Shown: one piece after another, positions 1 through 13,116 of the stretch
Layout: each line of letters opens with the position of its first letter
How positions within the stretch are numbered: position 1 is the first letter of the stretch
Source of the DNA: Mustelus asterias
Taxonomy: Eukaryota
DNA length: 45,019 bases
Assembly (NCBI RefSeq): GCF_964213995.1
Contig: NW_027590503.1
Location: 248,001 to 293,019 of the forward strand
Direction: 5' to 3'
Program-made: the position numbers and the translations under genes
Notes under the pieces: model-generated
The model's input: the letters and a program-made list of their open reading frames with translations, nothing else
What the model was told of the DNA's origin: nothing
Database searches by the model: none

Positions 1-136
1 ACAATTTTCTGTACATATTAATAACAGCCATGATCATATTGAATGGCGGAGCAGCTCAAAGCGCATCAGCCCACTGGAAGCAAAGTCATGAGATTGGTCA
101 GTCCAGCAGAAAGAAACCCTCCGACCGTCCCACTTT

Positions 137-470
137 GGGGAGGCGATGGCCTAGTGGTATTATTGCTAGACTATTAATCCAGAAACTCAGCTAATGTTCT
201 GGGAACATGGGTTCGAATCCCACCATGGCAGATGGTGGAATTTGACGAAAAAATATCTGGAATTAAGAATCTCCTGATGACCATGAAACCATTGTCGATG
301 GTCAGCGTTCTTGAGGGAAGGAAATTTGTCATCCTTACCTGGTCTGGCCAACATGTGATTCCAGAGCCACAGCAATGTGACTGACACTCAACTGTCCTCT
401 CGAGAGAAACTAGGGATGGGCAATAAATGCTGACCAGCGACACCCATGTCCCACACTGAATAAAAATAAA
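137..470 (+). mobile_element. tRNA-derived shark SINE (second family, not HE1)
   Basis: Pol III A-box-like TGGCCTAGTGG and B-box GGTTCGAATCCC; A-rich 3' end; homologous copies at ~13603-13846, ~29930-30220 and ~41350-41720. Confidence 0.75.
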
Positions 471-685
471 ACTGTCAGAGTGAACATGGTTCAGTTCTGG
501 ATGTGAATAACAGCAGCAATAACAGCAGAATCCAGTCCCTGTCATCACTTGTGAACACGCTGGTATCTGAACAGATTGGATAACTGAGTGAATGCCATCC
601 TGCACAGACCCAGTGAACGGCCTCTCCCCAACATGAAGACACTGGTGTGTCATAAGGTTGGATGAATCAATGATTGCTTTCTCAC

Positions 686-1294
686 TCAGCTGAACAGCCT
701 CTCCCTACTGTGAACTCGCTGGTGTGTCTGCAAGTGAGATAATCGATTAAATCTCTTCTCACACTCTGGACAGCTGAATGGCCTCTCCCCTGTGTGAACT
801 CGTTCATGTCTCAGCAGGTCAGATGAAGTAGTGAATGCTTTCCCACACTCCGAGCAGGTGAACGGTCTCTCCCTGGTGTGAACTCGCTGGTGTATCTGTA
901 GGTTGTAGGAGAGAGAGAATCCCTTTCCACATTCAGAGCAGGTGAATGGCCTCTCCCCAGTGTGAACTCGCTGGTGTGTCTGCAACTGAGATAACCGACT
1001 GAAACTCATCACACACTTGGAGCAGGTAAATGGCCTCTCCCCACTGTGAATTCGCTGGTGTATCCGGAGGTTGGAGGAGCGAGAGAATCCCTTTCCACAC
1101 TGTGAACAGATGAACGGCCTCTCCCCTGTGTGAACCCGCTGGTGTGTCATTAAGTCGGATGAATTAGTAAATCCCTTTGCACACTTAGTGCAGGTGAATG
1201 GTCTCTCCCCAGTGTGACTGCGCTGATGAACTTCCAGCTCCGAGGGGAATCTGAATCCCTTCCCACAATGTCCACATTTCCACAGTTTCTCCAT
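686..1294 (-). CDS. C2H2 zinc-finger protein, 7 tandem fingers, no KRAB/BTB domain seen
   Basis: 202-aa ORF with 7 CxxC-12-HxxxH units and TGERPF linkers; candidate acceptor (TTTTACAG) before 1520 and donor (GTGAGT) at 2133-2128 define a non-coding first exon. Confidence 0.88.
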   Translation of the reverse strand: MEKLWKCGHCGKGFRFPSELEVHQRSHTGERPFTCTKCAKGFTNSSDLMTHQRVHTGERPFICSQCGKGFSRSSNLRIHQRIHSGERPFTCSKCVMSFSRLSQLQTHQRVHTGERPFTCSECGKGFSLSYNLQIHQRVHTRERPFTCSECGKAFTTSSDLLRHERVHTGERPFSCPECEKRFNRLSHLQTHQRVHSRERLFS

Positions 1295-2150
1295 GGTGCC
1301 AGTGTCCTTGTATCTCTCCAGGTTTGCTGATCAGTTGCGGTTGGTGTGGGTGTGTGTTACACCAATGTTTAAAATCTTTTCAAGTAGATAAAAGAGAGAA
1401 ACATTTCTCCTGGACTCAAATGCCGATAATATTCTGGTACCAATAATCGAACAATTCTGTTAATTCTTCACTTGATGTTTCCTTTGAGATTTCAATCAGT
1501 AAATCCTTCCCTCCATTATCCTGTAAAAGGAGTTGACAAAAGTCATCACCGTCAGAGCTGGATAGAAATTCAGAACAGATAATTCTGAATATAACTGGAC
1601 TAAAAACATGTGGTATACAATGCTGCATTTCTTAATTAGATAGGTGATGGGAAGGAGATTTGAGAAAACTATATTTACTCCAGATTTTAAAAGCAATCTT
1701 TTTGAATTGTAATGTCTCTTTGACTGGAACTATATAACATAACTACATGCTATAATTACAAGAATAAAACAATGAATCTTATTACCGAAACATAAATATA
1801 CCAAACATATGAACACAAGCTATATCTCTGTTGTGACTAATCTAAAAAGTAAACAAATTTCCAGAAAGTTCCAATGGAATACTGAAGGACAAGGTTTCAC
1901 ATTTTAAAAAATACTTTACAAATCAATCTAAAACCAGCATCACTAAATCATGCAAAGAGAGAAACACTATTTGAATGCACAAGATAAATTACACTTTAAA
2001 AAGCTCAGACAATAAAAACAGGTTTCACAAAATCACAAACATTTCCCCCTCAGTATATTTGGCTCTAATTCCAGTTACAGAGTCCCACAACTCTCTGTAA
2101 TTCCCAGGGGGAGAAAGAAAGTGTTTTACTCACAGCTGTTGTCCAGAGGA

Positions 2151-2601
2151 TGAAGTTTGAGTCTGTGTGTGAAGTTTGAGTCTGTGGTGAAGTTTGAGTC
2201 TGTGTGTGAAGTTTGAGTCTGTGGTGAAGTTTGAGTCTGTGTGTGAAGTTTGAGTCTGTGTGTGAAGTTTGAATCTGTGTGTGAAGTTTGAGTCTGTGGT
2301 GAAGTTTGAGTCTGTGTGTGAAGTTTGAGTCTGTGGTGAAGTTTGAGTCTGTGTGTGAAGTTTGAGTCTGTGTGTGAAGTTTGAGTCTGTGGTGAAGTTT
2401 GAGTCTGTGTGTGAAGTTTGAGTCTGTGTGTGAAGTTTGAGTCTGTGTGTGAAGTTTGGGTCTGTGGTGAAGTTTGAGTCTGTGGTGAAGTTTGAGTCTG
2501 TGTGTGAAGTTTGAGTCTGTGGTGAAGTTTGAGTCTGTGTGTGAAGTTTGAGTCTGTGGTGAAGTTTGAGTCTGTGTGTGAAGTTGGAGTCTGTGGTGAA
2601 G
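2151..2601. repeat. Minisatellite of interspersed 18/19-bp units GAAGTTTGAGTCTGT(GT)GT / GAAGTTTGAGTCTGTGGT
   Basis: About 24 near-perfect tandem copies visible directly. Confidence 0.97.
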
Positions 2602-2629
2602 CTACAAACAGAAGCTGTTCTGTTTCAAA

Positions 2630-3060
2630 TCAAACTGCGGGACTTGGAAGAAAATGATGGGAAGCTGGCAGCCCAGCACGCAGGCGCAGAGAGCGCTGCT
2701 GAGCCGAGCTGGCCGGAGCAGGCGCACAGAGCGCTGCTCAGCCGAGCTGTCCGGAGCAGGCGCAGTGCGGCTGCCGCCAGCGGTCGCTCTCGATCTCTTT
2801 TTGGAGCAGCAGCCGCCGTAGAGAGAGGGGGGAGGGGGAGATCACCGAGCGGCTTCTCGCTCTGGCCGGAGCCGCCAGCCGGTTGCCCGGAAACCTTGGC
2901 TCGAGGAGGTGCAGAGGGAGGGGAACAATGGGTGGGGGCGGGGCTCCCGTGTCCGCTCGCCCGGGCCTGCGCACTGGAACCCGAGGATGTCACTGCGGTG
3001 CAGACTGATTCCTATTGGCTGATATAGGCAGGCCTCCATTGACATCACAATGCGGAAGTT
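2630..3060. promoter_or_regulatory. CpG-rich putative bidirectional promoter between the divergent ZNF genes
   Basis: High GC/CpG; repeated GCAGGCGCA (NRF1-like) motifs, ATTGG (CCAAT) ~3015, TGACATCA ~3040, GGGGCGGGG; splice donors point outward at 2133 (-) and 3263 (+). Confidence 0.65.
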
Positions 3061-3802
3061 TGTTGATGATTTTCAGAGTGAAACTTCCTCCTCTGGACAA
3101 CATCAGGGAGGAAATCAATGTTTCCCCCTTTCCATTTCTTTTCTCATTCTGGGGGAAATTGGGGACTCGCAGCAACTGAAGGGAGAGGAAGTGAATTCAG
3201 GGAGGCTGCAGACTGGAACTATTACAGACGAACATCGGAATTAGGAGCAGGACGAGACCCAGGTATCTTTTTCTTTCTCTCTCTCAGATATTGACATCTT
3301 TTGGCTCCCTCAGGTTGTCACATTTATTTATCTAACAAGATAACCTCTTACCTAATGCTCACAATGAAAGGCGGAGAAGACTGTTTAAATGAACAGTAAA
3401 TTCACTGGGACAGAGATATGTTTAATGTAGTTATATGGTACGTGCTGTGTTATTTATGATTCCCTATTTCTTGTCTTGACATATAAAAGGCACTGTGTCA
3501 ACATTGCCTATTTCCACTGATGGAGACATTCCAACATAGAAGGAATCCATTTGGCAACTCAAATCCATGCCAACCCTCTGTGGAGCAATTCAGTCAGTCC
3601 CATTCCCTCTCTGTACTCCCATTCCCATGAGTTTCACATCACAATGGAATGGATGAGAATTCCAGATGAGCTGAGACTGGGGTGGAGTCGGGTGATGTTA
3701 CTGAGGTGGAAATAGTGATGATGATGTGGATGTGTGGCTGGAAGCTCATCTTGGGGTGAAATATTTCACCAGGGTTGTGAACAGCCTGTTTCAGGTCAGA
3801 CA

Positions 3803-5054
3803 TGTTTGTGATTTATATAAACGATCTGGAAGAAGGTGCAACTGGGGTGATCAGTAAGTTTGCGGACGACACAAAATTGGCAGGACTTACAGATAGTGAG
3901 GAATCATAGAAACCCTACAGTGCAGAAGGAGGCCATTCGGCCCATCAAGTCTGCACCGACCACAATCCTACCCAGGCCCTACCCCCACATATTTACCCGC
4001 TAACCTACGCATCTCAGGACTCTAAGGGGCAATTTTTAACCTGGCCAATCAACCTAACCCGCACACCGTTGGACTGTGGGAGGAAACCGGAGCACCCGGA
4101 GGAAACCCACGCAGACACGAGGAGAATGTGCAAACTCCACACAGACAGTGACCCGAGCCGGGAATCGAACCCAGGACCCTAGAGCTGTGAAGCAGCAGTG
4201 CTAACCACTGTGCTACCATGCCGCTCCTTAGAGGAGCATTGTCAGAAGCTACAGAAGGATATAGATAGGCTGGAAATTTGGGCAAAGAAATGGCAGATGG
4301 AGTTCAATCCTGATGAATGCGAAGTGATGCATTTTGGTAGAAATAATGTAGGGAGAAGCTATACGATAAATGGCAGAACCATAAAGGGTGTAGATACGCA
4401 GAGGGACCTGGGTGTGCAAGTCCACAGATCCTTGAAGGTGACGTCACAGGTGGAGAAGGTGGTGAAGAAGGCATATGGCATGCTTGCCTTTATAGGACGG
4501 GGCATAGAGTATAAAAGTTGGGGTCTGATGTTGCAGATGTATAGAATGTTGCTTCGACCACATTTGGAATACTGCATCCAGTTCTGGTCGCCACACTATC
4601 AGAAGGACGTGGAGGCTTTGGAGAGAGTACAGAGGAGGTTTACCAGGATGTTGCCTTGTATGGAGGGGCTTAGTTATGTGGAGAGATTGGGTAAACTGGG
4701 GTTGTTCTCCCTGGAAAGACGGAGGATGAGGGGAGACTTAATAGAGGTGTATAAAATTATGAAAGGCATAGATAGGGTGAACGGTGAGAAGCTTTTCCCC
4801 AGGTCGGTGGTGACGTTCACGAGGGGTCATAGGTTCAAGGTGAAGGGGGGGAGGTTCAACACAGATATCAGAAGGATATCTGGCCAGGCAAGGTGGTGGA
4901 GGCAGACACACTGGGAACGTTTAAGACTTATCTAGATAGTCATATGAACGGAGTGGGAATGGAGGGATACAAAAGAATGGTCTAGTTTGGACCAGGGAGC
5001 GGCACAGGCTTGGAGGGCCGAAGGGCCTGTTCCTGTGCTGTATTGTTCTTTGTT
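3803..5054 (+). mobile_element. 5'-truncated CR1 LINE (ORF2 RT C-terminus and 3' UTR), interrupted by an HE1 SINE
   Basis: YINDL..FADD..WQMEFN..LEYC.QFWSP..LERRR.RGDLIEVYK motifs; (GTTCTTT)n tail that resumes at 6029-6035; TSD GACATGTT at 3799-3806 and 6036-6043. Confidence 0.93.
3903..4230 (-). mobile_element. HE1-type V-SINE inserted in CR1
   Basis: tRNA-like head, V-domain GTGGGTTTCCTCCGGGTGCTCCGGTTTCCTCCCAC, CR1-like tail; GAGGA duplicated at 3898-3902 and 4231-4235. Confidence 0.9.
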
Positions 5055-6028
5055 AGAACCATAGAAAATTACAGCTCAGAAACAAGCCTTTTGGCCCTTC
5101 TAGTCTGTGCCGAACCATTTTTTGCCTCGTCCCACTGACCTGCACTTGGACCATATCCCTCCACACCCCTCTCACCCATGAACCCGTCCAAGTTTTTCTT
5201 AAATGTTAAAAGTGACCCCACATTTACCACTTTATCCGGCAGCTCATTCCACACTCCCACCACTCTCTGCATGAAGAAGCCCCCCCTAATATTCCCTTTA
5301 AACTTTTCTCCTTTCATCCTTAACCCATGCCCTCTGGTCTTTTTCTCCCCTCGCCTCAGTGGAAAAAGCTTGCTTGCATTCACTCTATCTATACCCATCA
5401 AAATCTTATACACCTCTATCAAATCTCCCCTCAATCTTCTACGCTCCAGGGAATAAAGTCCCAACCTATTCAATCTCTCTCTGAAACTCAGCTTCTCAAG
5501 TCCCGGCAACATCCTTGTGAAACTTCTCTGCACTCTTTCAACCTTATTTATATCCTTCCTGTAACTCGATGACCAAAACTGTACACAATACTCCAAATTT
5601 GGCCTCACCAATGCCTTATATAACCTTACCATAACACTCCAACTTTTATACTCGATACTCCGATTTATAAAGGCCAATGTACCAAAGGCACTCTTTACGA
5701 CCCTATCCACCTGTGATGTCACTTTTAGGAAATTCTGTACCTGTATTCCCAGATCCCTCTGTTCAACTGCACTCTTCAGAGTCCTACCATTTACCCTGTA
5801 CGTTCTACTTTGGTTTGTCCTTCCAAAGTGCAATATCTCACACTTGTCTGCGTTAAATTCCATTTGCCATTTTTCAGCCCATTTTTCTAGTTGGTCCAAA
5901 TCCCTCTGCAAGCTTTGAAAACCTTCCTCACTGTCCACGACACCTCCAATCTTTGTATCATCAGCAAACTTGCTGATCCAATTTACCACATTATCATCCA
6001 GATCATTGATATAGATGACAAACAACAT
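5055..6028 (-). mobile_element. 5'-truncated CR1 LINE with open ORF2 C-terminus
   Basis: ORF 5069-6040 with IYINDL, FADDTK and WQMEFNADKC; inserted in the microsatellite tail of the preceding CR1. Confidence 0.93.
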
Positions 6029-6743
6029 GTTCTTTGACATGTTGCCAGGAAGAGGGATAGAGTTGTTGGCAAGCGAGTGGAGTTTGGAGAGGGGACTGAA
6101 GACAGTGGGTTCAGTCTTCCCAGTATTTATATGAAAGAAATTTCTGTTTGTTTAGTACTGGAAGTCAGATAAGTCAGGATGGTGTGTGAGTTGGGGGAAC
6201 TCTGAGGTGATGGTGTTTATACCCATCTGCTATCTCGGTCCTTCTCGTTGGTGGAGTTGAGGGTTTGTGAGATTCTGTCAAAGTTCTTGTCAAGTTGTAG
6301 ATGTATAAAATCCCTTGCCTTCACCACGGCCACTCCTACTTCTCTCTATCTCCTTCCAAAGTGCCGAAAGAGTCTTATGTAGACCCAGGCTGTGTGGCAG
6401 GTTTCATTCCCTGAAGGATATCAGTGAACCAGTTGGGTTTGTATGACAATCCAGCAGCTTTCTTGGTTACCCTTTCCTCACGGCAGCCCCACAAATTAGC
6501 AGATTCATTCAGCTCAATTACACAACCCACCTTTGTGTTTTTGTGGTGGGTTCTTTCTCACTCACTTTTTTCTGTTTTAAATCAATTTCACAGGGTTTTA
6601 CAAGAAGAAGATTTGCAGTTGAGAAACTGAAACAAAACATGATATCAGAACCTGATGAGTCGGCCAATTTATTGTAACCTGAATATCATTGTATTTTGAA
6701 ATTGGAAGAAAAAAGCACCGTTCACAGTGGAGAGAAACTGCAC

Positions 6744-7655
6744 ATGTGTTCTGTTTGTGGACAAGACTTCAACCAATCATCTGGCCTTTGGGAACATAAT
6801 TGCAGTCACAACAGGGAGATGGCATGGAAGTGTGAGGATTGTGGGAAGGAATTCAATTACCCATCCCTGCTGGAAACTCATCGACGCAGTCACACTGGGG
6901 AGAGGCCATTCATCTGCTCTCAGTGTGGGAAGGGATTCACTCAGTTATCCAGCTTACATATACACCAGAGGACTCATGCTGAGGAGAGGCCGTTTACCTG
7001 CTCCCAATGTGGGAAGGGATTCAATCAGTCATCCAATCTAGCAACACACCAGCGAGTTCATACCGGGGAGAAACCGTTCACCTGCTCTGAATGTGGGAAG
7101 GGATTTTCTCACTCATCCACTCTGCTGATACACCAGCGAACTCACACTCAGGAGAGGCCATTCACTTGCTCCCAGTGTGGGAAAGGATTTGCTGACTCAT
7201 CTACTTTGTTGAAACACCAGCGAGTTCACACTGGGGAGAGGCCATTCACCTGTTCCCAGTGTGGAAAGGGATTTGCTCAGTCAGCCACCTTGTTCACACA
7301 CCAGCGAATTCACACTGGGGAGAGGCCATTCACCTGCTCTGTGTGTGGGAAAGGATTCAGTCGGTCATCAACTCTGCTGACACACCAGCGAGTTCACACT
7401 GGGGAGAAACCATTCATCTGCTCTGTGTGCGGGAAAGGATTCAATCACTCATCCAACCTAGCAATACACCAGCGAATCCACACAGAGGAGAGACCATTCA
7501 CCTGCTCTGTGTGTGAGAAGGGATTCAATCAGTCGTCTAAACTAGCAATACATCAGCGGGTTCACACTGGGGAGAGGCCATTCACCTGCTTGCAGTGTGG
7601 GAAGGGATACGTTACCTCGTTGAATCTTCTGACGCACCAGCGAATTCACAACTAA
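6744..7655 (+). CDS. C2H2 zinc-finger protein, 11 tandem fingers, no KRAB/BTB domain seen
   Basis: Open frame from 6696, first ATG at 6744; 11 C2H2 units with TGE(K/R)PF-type linkers; pyrimidine tract plus CAG acceptor ending at 6593; candidate donor AG|GTATC at 3263. Confidence 0.88.
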   Translation: MCSVCGQDFNQSSGLWEHNCSHNREMAWKCEDCGKEFNYPSLLETHRRSHTGERPFICSQCGKGFTQLSSLHIHQRTHAEERPFTCSQCGKGFNQSSNLATHQRVHTGEKPFTCSECGKGFSHSSTLLIHQRTHTQERPFTCSQCGKGFADSSTLLKHQRVHTGERPFTCSQCGKGFAQSATLFTHQRIHTGERPFTCSVCGKGFSRSSTLLTHQRVHTGEKPFICSVCGKGFNHSSNLAIHQRIHTEERPFTCSVCEKGFNQSSKLAIHQRVHTGERPFTCLQCGKGYVTSLNLLTHQRIHN

Positions 7656-7679
7656 CTATTGTAATTGGATTTAAAATTA

Positions 7680-8440
7680 GGGAGAAACCATGAAAATGTG
7701 CAGACTGTGAGGAGAGTTTCAGTTACCTGTCAGAGCTGGAAGCACCGGGGGCTGTTTGAAGATGGAGGGTTTCTACAAGCTGCTCTAAGATTTGTCTTCT
7801 CTCTGAAACTTCAGGACAGTCTATACTCATTATAGCAAGTATATTTATGGTTTCTAACTGTAATTGAAGTGGGATCTACATCTCTGAGGAATGTTGCATA
7901 TTTGGAACTGAAATTGTGCTAAATTAGAAATTAAAGTTGTTTCCTTTCACTTTTAAATATTGTTCAACTGTTAATAGTTAAGCTGCTTCATTTTTTGGAA
8001 TTATATTTAAGCTGTTGTTAAATAAAGTTTGTTTTACCATGAAAGATTCCTAATTTGTCAGTGGAATTACTCCTGGAGTGAAGCATCCGATCCTCACATT
8101 TATGCCAAAATAGAAAGATTTGTTTGGATCTAATCTGGCTTCCTAACATAATTTATGGGTTCTGGTCCAGGACACTTTTGGAAGGGATTCACTCCATAAT
8201 CTACCCTCCAACCACCCCCGCTTCACTCTGGGGAGAGACCTTTTAAATGCCCAGACTGTGAGAACTGCTATAAAAGCTGTAGAGAACTGATGTCTCATCA
8301 ACGTGTTCACATTGATGAGAGACCATTCAGCTGCTTTTACTGTGAGACAGGGTTCAGGGAATCATTCCAACTCCCTGTACACCAGCGAGTTCACACTGGG
8401 GAGAGGCTATTCACCTGCTCTGAGTTTGGGAAGAGATCCA
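7680..8440 (+). pseudogene. Decayed zinc-finger repeats 3' of the ZNF stop codon, split by a ~430-bp LTR-like insertion (~7745-8175)
   Basis: Frameshifted [13 protein letters not shown] and [18 protein letters not shown] remnants at 8175-8440; finger start at 7680-7745. Confidence 0.6.
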
Positions 8441-9730
8441 CTCAGTTTTGAGATTCGATTTCCAGTATCTGCAGTATCTTATTTTGATCTGATTTTTTGT
8501 TTGATTTATTATTGTTGCATGGATTGGGATACAGTGAAAAGTATTGTTTATTGTGCGCTTTGCAGACAAAACCTACCGTCCCGGCATTTTCTGTTTTAGT
8601 TCCTTTTGAAGGGTTCTCCCTCTCTCCTCCATCCTCACCGACAACAGCAAGTCTGAGGAGCTCATGGAGCTCCTTTGTCACTAAGATTGAGACAGTCTGA
8701 TCAGCTGCCTCTGCTGTTTCCCTCGCTTCCATTGGGTCAAACTGTGTCTAACAATTTGCCCAACCCTAAACTCATCTTTCTTTAGTTTCTCTCTGTCAAG
8801 CAGTCGATTTAGTAACCTATATTTTTATTGTTGGATATTAGAAATAAGATATACATTTAAGTGAGTTTAATTCGGTGTTTCTGTGTACAGAAGGGTTAAA
8901 ACTTTCATAGATTAATGTTAAATAAAGGTGTTTGCATGTATGGGGTTTTGGTTTCATTTCAAACTGTGCCTGTATTGTGTTCAGAGAGTTTACAATGTGA
9001 AAACACACATAAGGAAAGACTAGGTAAGGAAAGACTTGGCAACCAGTGGCCATTTTGGGTCAGAAATAATTTTTGAGTTAGCTGAAGAGGAAACTGCCAG
9101 AACCATTAGGCAGAACAATGGAGTAAGGGCAAGAAAGAAAGTCCCAGAAGTTGAAGAACAGATAGTTCTAGAAACCAGGGAATGAAAAAAGTCTGAGGAA
9201 AGCTGAAGTCAAAGGGAATCTGAACAAGATACTGTTCCCTGAAATTAAAGAAAGGGGGAGAGAGAGGCTTCCAGTTAAAGGCAACACACATGGTGAAGTT
9301 GGCTGGCAAAAAGCCAGACTCTGAAGTAATCCGAAGGTTGGGACTTTGGTACCACCTGTGAAACAGTGGTGTTCTGTTGATATGGCTGGGTACCTGAGAG
9401 ATTGTGTGGAAGCTTGAGTGCATGTGATAATCTGAGGCAGAAGAATAGTGAAAGGAGAGATTGAAATCCTGGAAGTGGATCCTTGCTGAAAAGATCTGAG
9501 AGAGTGCGTTGTTTGGGAGAACATTTTTGAGAGTGGATCTGATTGATGAAAATTTCTGTGCACCAATTTCAATGACAATGTTGTAATTTGTAATTTTACA
9601 CATGACAGAATCTCAGTGTGATTACTCAGCATCAGGTTATACTCTGACCGGTGCAGTGCAAATGGTGGAACTTACTGATCAAGAACCGGTCAGAGATTAC
9701 ATTGAATCACAGAGAATTCTCTCATTCTTG

Positions 9731-10044
9731 GGCGACATGGTGACACAGTGGTTAGCGCTGCTGACTCACAGTGCCAGGGTCCCAGGTTCGAATCCCGGCT
9801 TGGGTCACTGTCTGTGTGGAGTTTGCACATTCTCCCCGTGTCTGCATGGGTTTGCTCCGGTTTCCTTCCACAGTCCAAAGGTGTGTGGGTTAGGTGGATT
9901 GGCCATGCTAAATTGCCCTGAGTGTCAGGGGGGCTAGCTAGGGTAAATGCACGAGGTTATGGGGAAAGGGCCTGGGTGGGATTGTGGTGGGTGCAGACTC
10001 AATGGGCCGAATGGCCTCCTTCGACACTATAGGGATTCTATGAA
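9731..10044 (+). mobile_element. HE1-type V-SINE
   Basis: Head GGCGACATGGTGACACAGTGGTTAGC, B-box, V-domain and TTCTATGA tail. Confidence 0.9.
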
Positions 10045-11554
10045 TATCCAGACCAGAAAGACATTGTTCGGTTTAACTAGTCTGTGCTGGTGTTTATATT
10101 TCATACAAGACACCTCCCATTCCATCTCCCTCATTTCAGCCTTTCAGCTCATCTTTCTACTCTCCTTTCCCTCACGTACTCATCACATTTTCTTTTTAAA
10201 TGATGAGTTGTCCAGCTAGTTCCTGTGGCAGTGAATTTCACATTGTGATCAATCTCTGAGTATAGATGGTGAGTGACTTGGAGGGGAACGTGCAGGTGAT
10301 GATGTTCCCATGCATTTGCTGCCCTTCTCCAAGGTGCTCGAGGTTGCGGGTTTGCAAGATGCTGTCAAAGAAGCCTTGGTGAGTGCTTGCAGTGCATCTT
10401 GTAGGTGGTACACCTCCAGCTGCCATGTGAGTCAATGTTGGAGGGAGTAGATGTTTGTAGAAGGATTGCCAATCAAGCTGCTTTGTCTTGGATGGTGTTG
10501 AGCTTCCTGAGTTGTTGGAGCTGCACTAATTCAGAAAATTGGAGCTTATTCAATTAGACACAAGAGTTGTGCCTTGTAGATGCTGGAGTTTGGGGAGAAG
10601 GATTAAACAGACCTTTTAGTGGAAAATTCACCTGATCTGGCCCAGACACCACGAGGAGATGGAAATGGGATGTGTTATGATTCTCAATTGAAACCCTACC
10701 CAACTGAAAAGGTGAACATTGAAGACTCGAACACGGAGGGAGGGATGTCTGTTAGTGTTCTTCAGCAGTGGAAGTGGGGATCAGGATTGCGCTGGAAGAA
10801 CAGGAGTGATGGTGAAATGAGTCAGCAAATAGGGAACGGTTATTTAACCACCAGCTCAGGTTACTGAAGCCTGAATATTGTGGGAGAGAAAAGGTGAGAG
10901 TGTTGCAGAGTTTAAAGTGGAACAAGAGAGCTTTAAGCTGGTGGAGTCAGTGAAATCTGAGTCTCGGTTTTGTCTCCTGTCATTTCATGGAGGCCCCGTT
11001 TTGCTGAAACCAATCGAGAAAACGCTGGAAAATCTCAGCAGGTCTGGCAGCATCTGTCAGGAGAGAAAAGAGCTGACGTTGATGACCCTTTGTCAAACCC
11101 TTTTCTCTTTTGGTTTCAGATTCCAGTATCTGCAGTAATTTGCTTTTATCCCATTTTGCTGAAACTCTTTATTTCCACAGTTACAGAATCAGTGAAAAGA
11201 CATTGCACATTCTTCACAGCAGCATCAAACTCACACTGACTGTTTCCTCACTCACCTCGAGGTTATCGATTCGCCTCCGGCCTCTTCCGTTCACTCCTGC
11301 TTCGGGTGTGGTCTCAGAATGGGGAGGGGACGGATTAGTGACCACCTCCCCGCACCCCCCTCCCCCCACAAACACACACAAAGAGGAACGACTCAAACAC
11401 AATCATTAAATAAAGTGAACACACGCACGCACACACCAAACGTGTATGTGCTCGCACACAGGTACACACACACACACATGAACTGAAATGCGTGTACACC
11501 CACATAGACACACACTCACTCATAGACACAAGCGTGCCTGCTCACAGACAAAGT

Positions 11555-12207
11555 CGTAGAATTCCTACAGGGCAGAAGAGACCATTCAGCCCTTTGAGTC
11601 TGCACTGACTCTCTGACAGAGCATCTTACCCGGGCCCTATTCCCGTAACCCCATATATTTACCCCACTAATCACTCTGATCTACATATTTTGTGACATAA
11701 AGCAGCAATTTAGCATGGTCAATCCACCTAACCAGCACATATTGAAGTTTGGGAGGAAACCAGAGCCTCCGGAGGAAACCCATGCAGACACGGGGAGAAC
11801 ATGCAAACTCCACACAGACACAGGGGCGGCACAATGGGGAGCACTGCTGCCTCACAGCACCAGGGACCTGAGTTCAAATCAAGCCTCAGGTTGTGTGAAA
11901 TTGGTGCATTCTCCCCGTGTCTCTGAGAGTTTCCTCCAGTTGCTCCGGTTTCCACCCACACTCCAAAGACGTGTGATTGAGGTGGATTGGCCGTGCTAAA
12001 TTGCCCCTTAGTGTTGGGGATATGATCAGTGTAAATACGTGGGGTTATGGGGATAGGGCCTGGGTGGGGATGTTGTTGGTGCAGGCTCGGTGGGCCGATT
12101 GGTCTCTTTCTGCACTGTCGGGATTCTATGATTTATCCAAGGCTGGAATCGAACCCAGGGCCCTGGCGCTGTGAGGCAGCAGTGCTAACCACTGTGCCAC
12201 CATGCTG
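11555..12207. mobile_element. Nested HE1 SINEs: plus-strand copy (~11823-12135) inside a minus-strand copy
   Basis: Minus copy breaks after CACACAGACA (~11820) and resumes at ~12140 with GGAATCGAACCC. Confidence 0.85.
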
Positions 12208-13116
12208 CCCAGGTGGGCACACAGACAGCTGCACACACTACACTGTCAATCACCTGCCTCCAGCTGTCAGTGCGGAGGAAGTGAAACCAAGCTCCCCCCC
12301 TCCTCACTCACTGCTGTGTCAGGTGGATAGTAAAATCCCACGACAATTACTGGATGGAGCGAAGGAGAGCTCCCGCTGGTTTCCGAGGGTCGATCTTTAT
12401 CCTTCAAACAGCCTAACATTTGGTGGTTATCTGACAGTTTGTGGGATCTGCTGTGTGCAGTGCCTGCCGGGTTTCCCAGGTGAACAGCAGTGACTGTGTT
12501 TGGGAAACAGGAAGCTGCTGTGTTGATTCAGAGCGCTCTGGAACAGCCCAGAACAAGCACAGGAGCTAAATCATTCCCTCCTTTCGATGTTCCCTCCTGC
12601 CGTTCTGTGGGAAGAGATGGTGACTGCACAGCAAGATCCCACAAGGCACAATGCAACACACAGCCAGGGAACTTAATTTGAGGGACCCCTGGGAGAACCT
12701 GTTACAGCAGCTCGAATCTCAGGAACAGGTTACACAAATCTGTGACCTTCTGACCTGGGTGAGAGAGAGAATGAGAGGCACCAGGATAAGCTGGGAATGA
12801 CTGATCCAGGAACCTCCAGTCCCATCGTCAACCCGAACAGGCCCCTCATCCGAGGCTCAGCAAAGGGGGTCAACATGATAAACAACTGAATCCCCAGTGA
12901 AAAAATACACAGTCCCTGCTGTCAATATCTCCGGCCATTCCACATCGGTCACAGGTACACGGGCCAATGTTTGTGTGTGCGTGGGGGGGCAGTGATGGGA
13001 GGGCATGTTACCTACAGAAAGCCTGGTCTCAGGTTAGCCAGACGGCAGCAGGTTATGTCCGGTGTCGATCGTCCTCGGGCCGTGTCTCAGTGAGCGATAG
13101 GAGGAGAGTGGGACCA

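Noticed and set aside
2151-2601. Regular short repeats resembling a CRISPR array
   Set aside because: No unique spacers, no cas genes, vertebrate context; it is a minisatellite
2566-3048. Overlapping 70-150 aa ORFs on both strands
   Set aside because: Stop-poor GC-rich promoter; no recognisable domain
8830-9600. Possible LTR fragment
   Set aside because: Composition is suggestive, but termini, TSD and a second copy could not be identified
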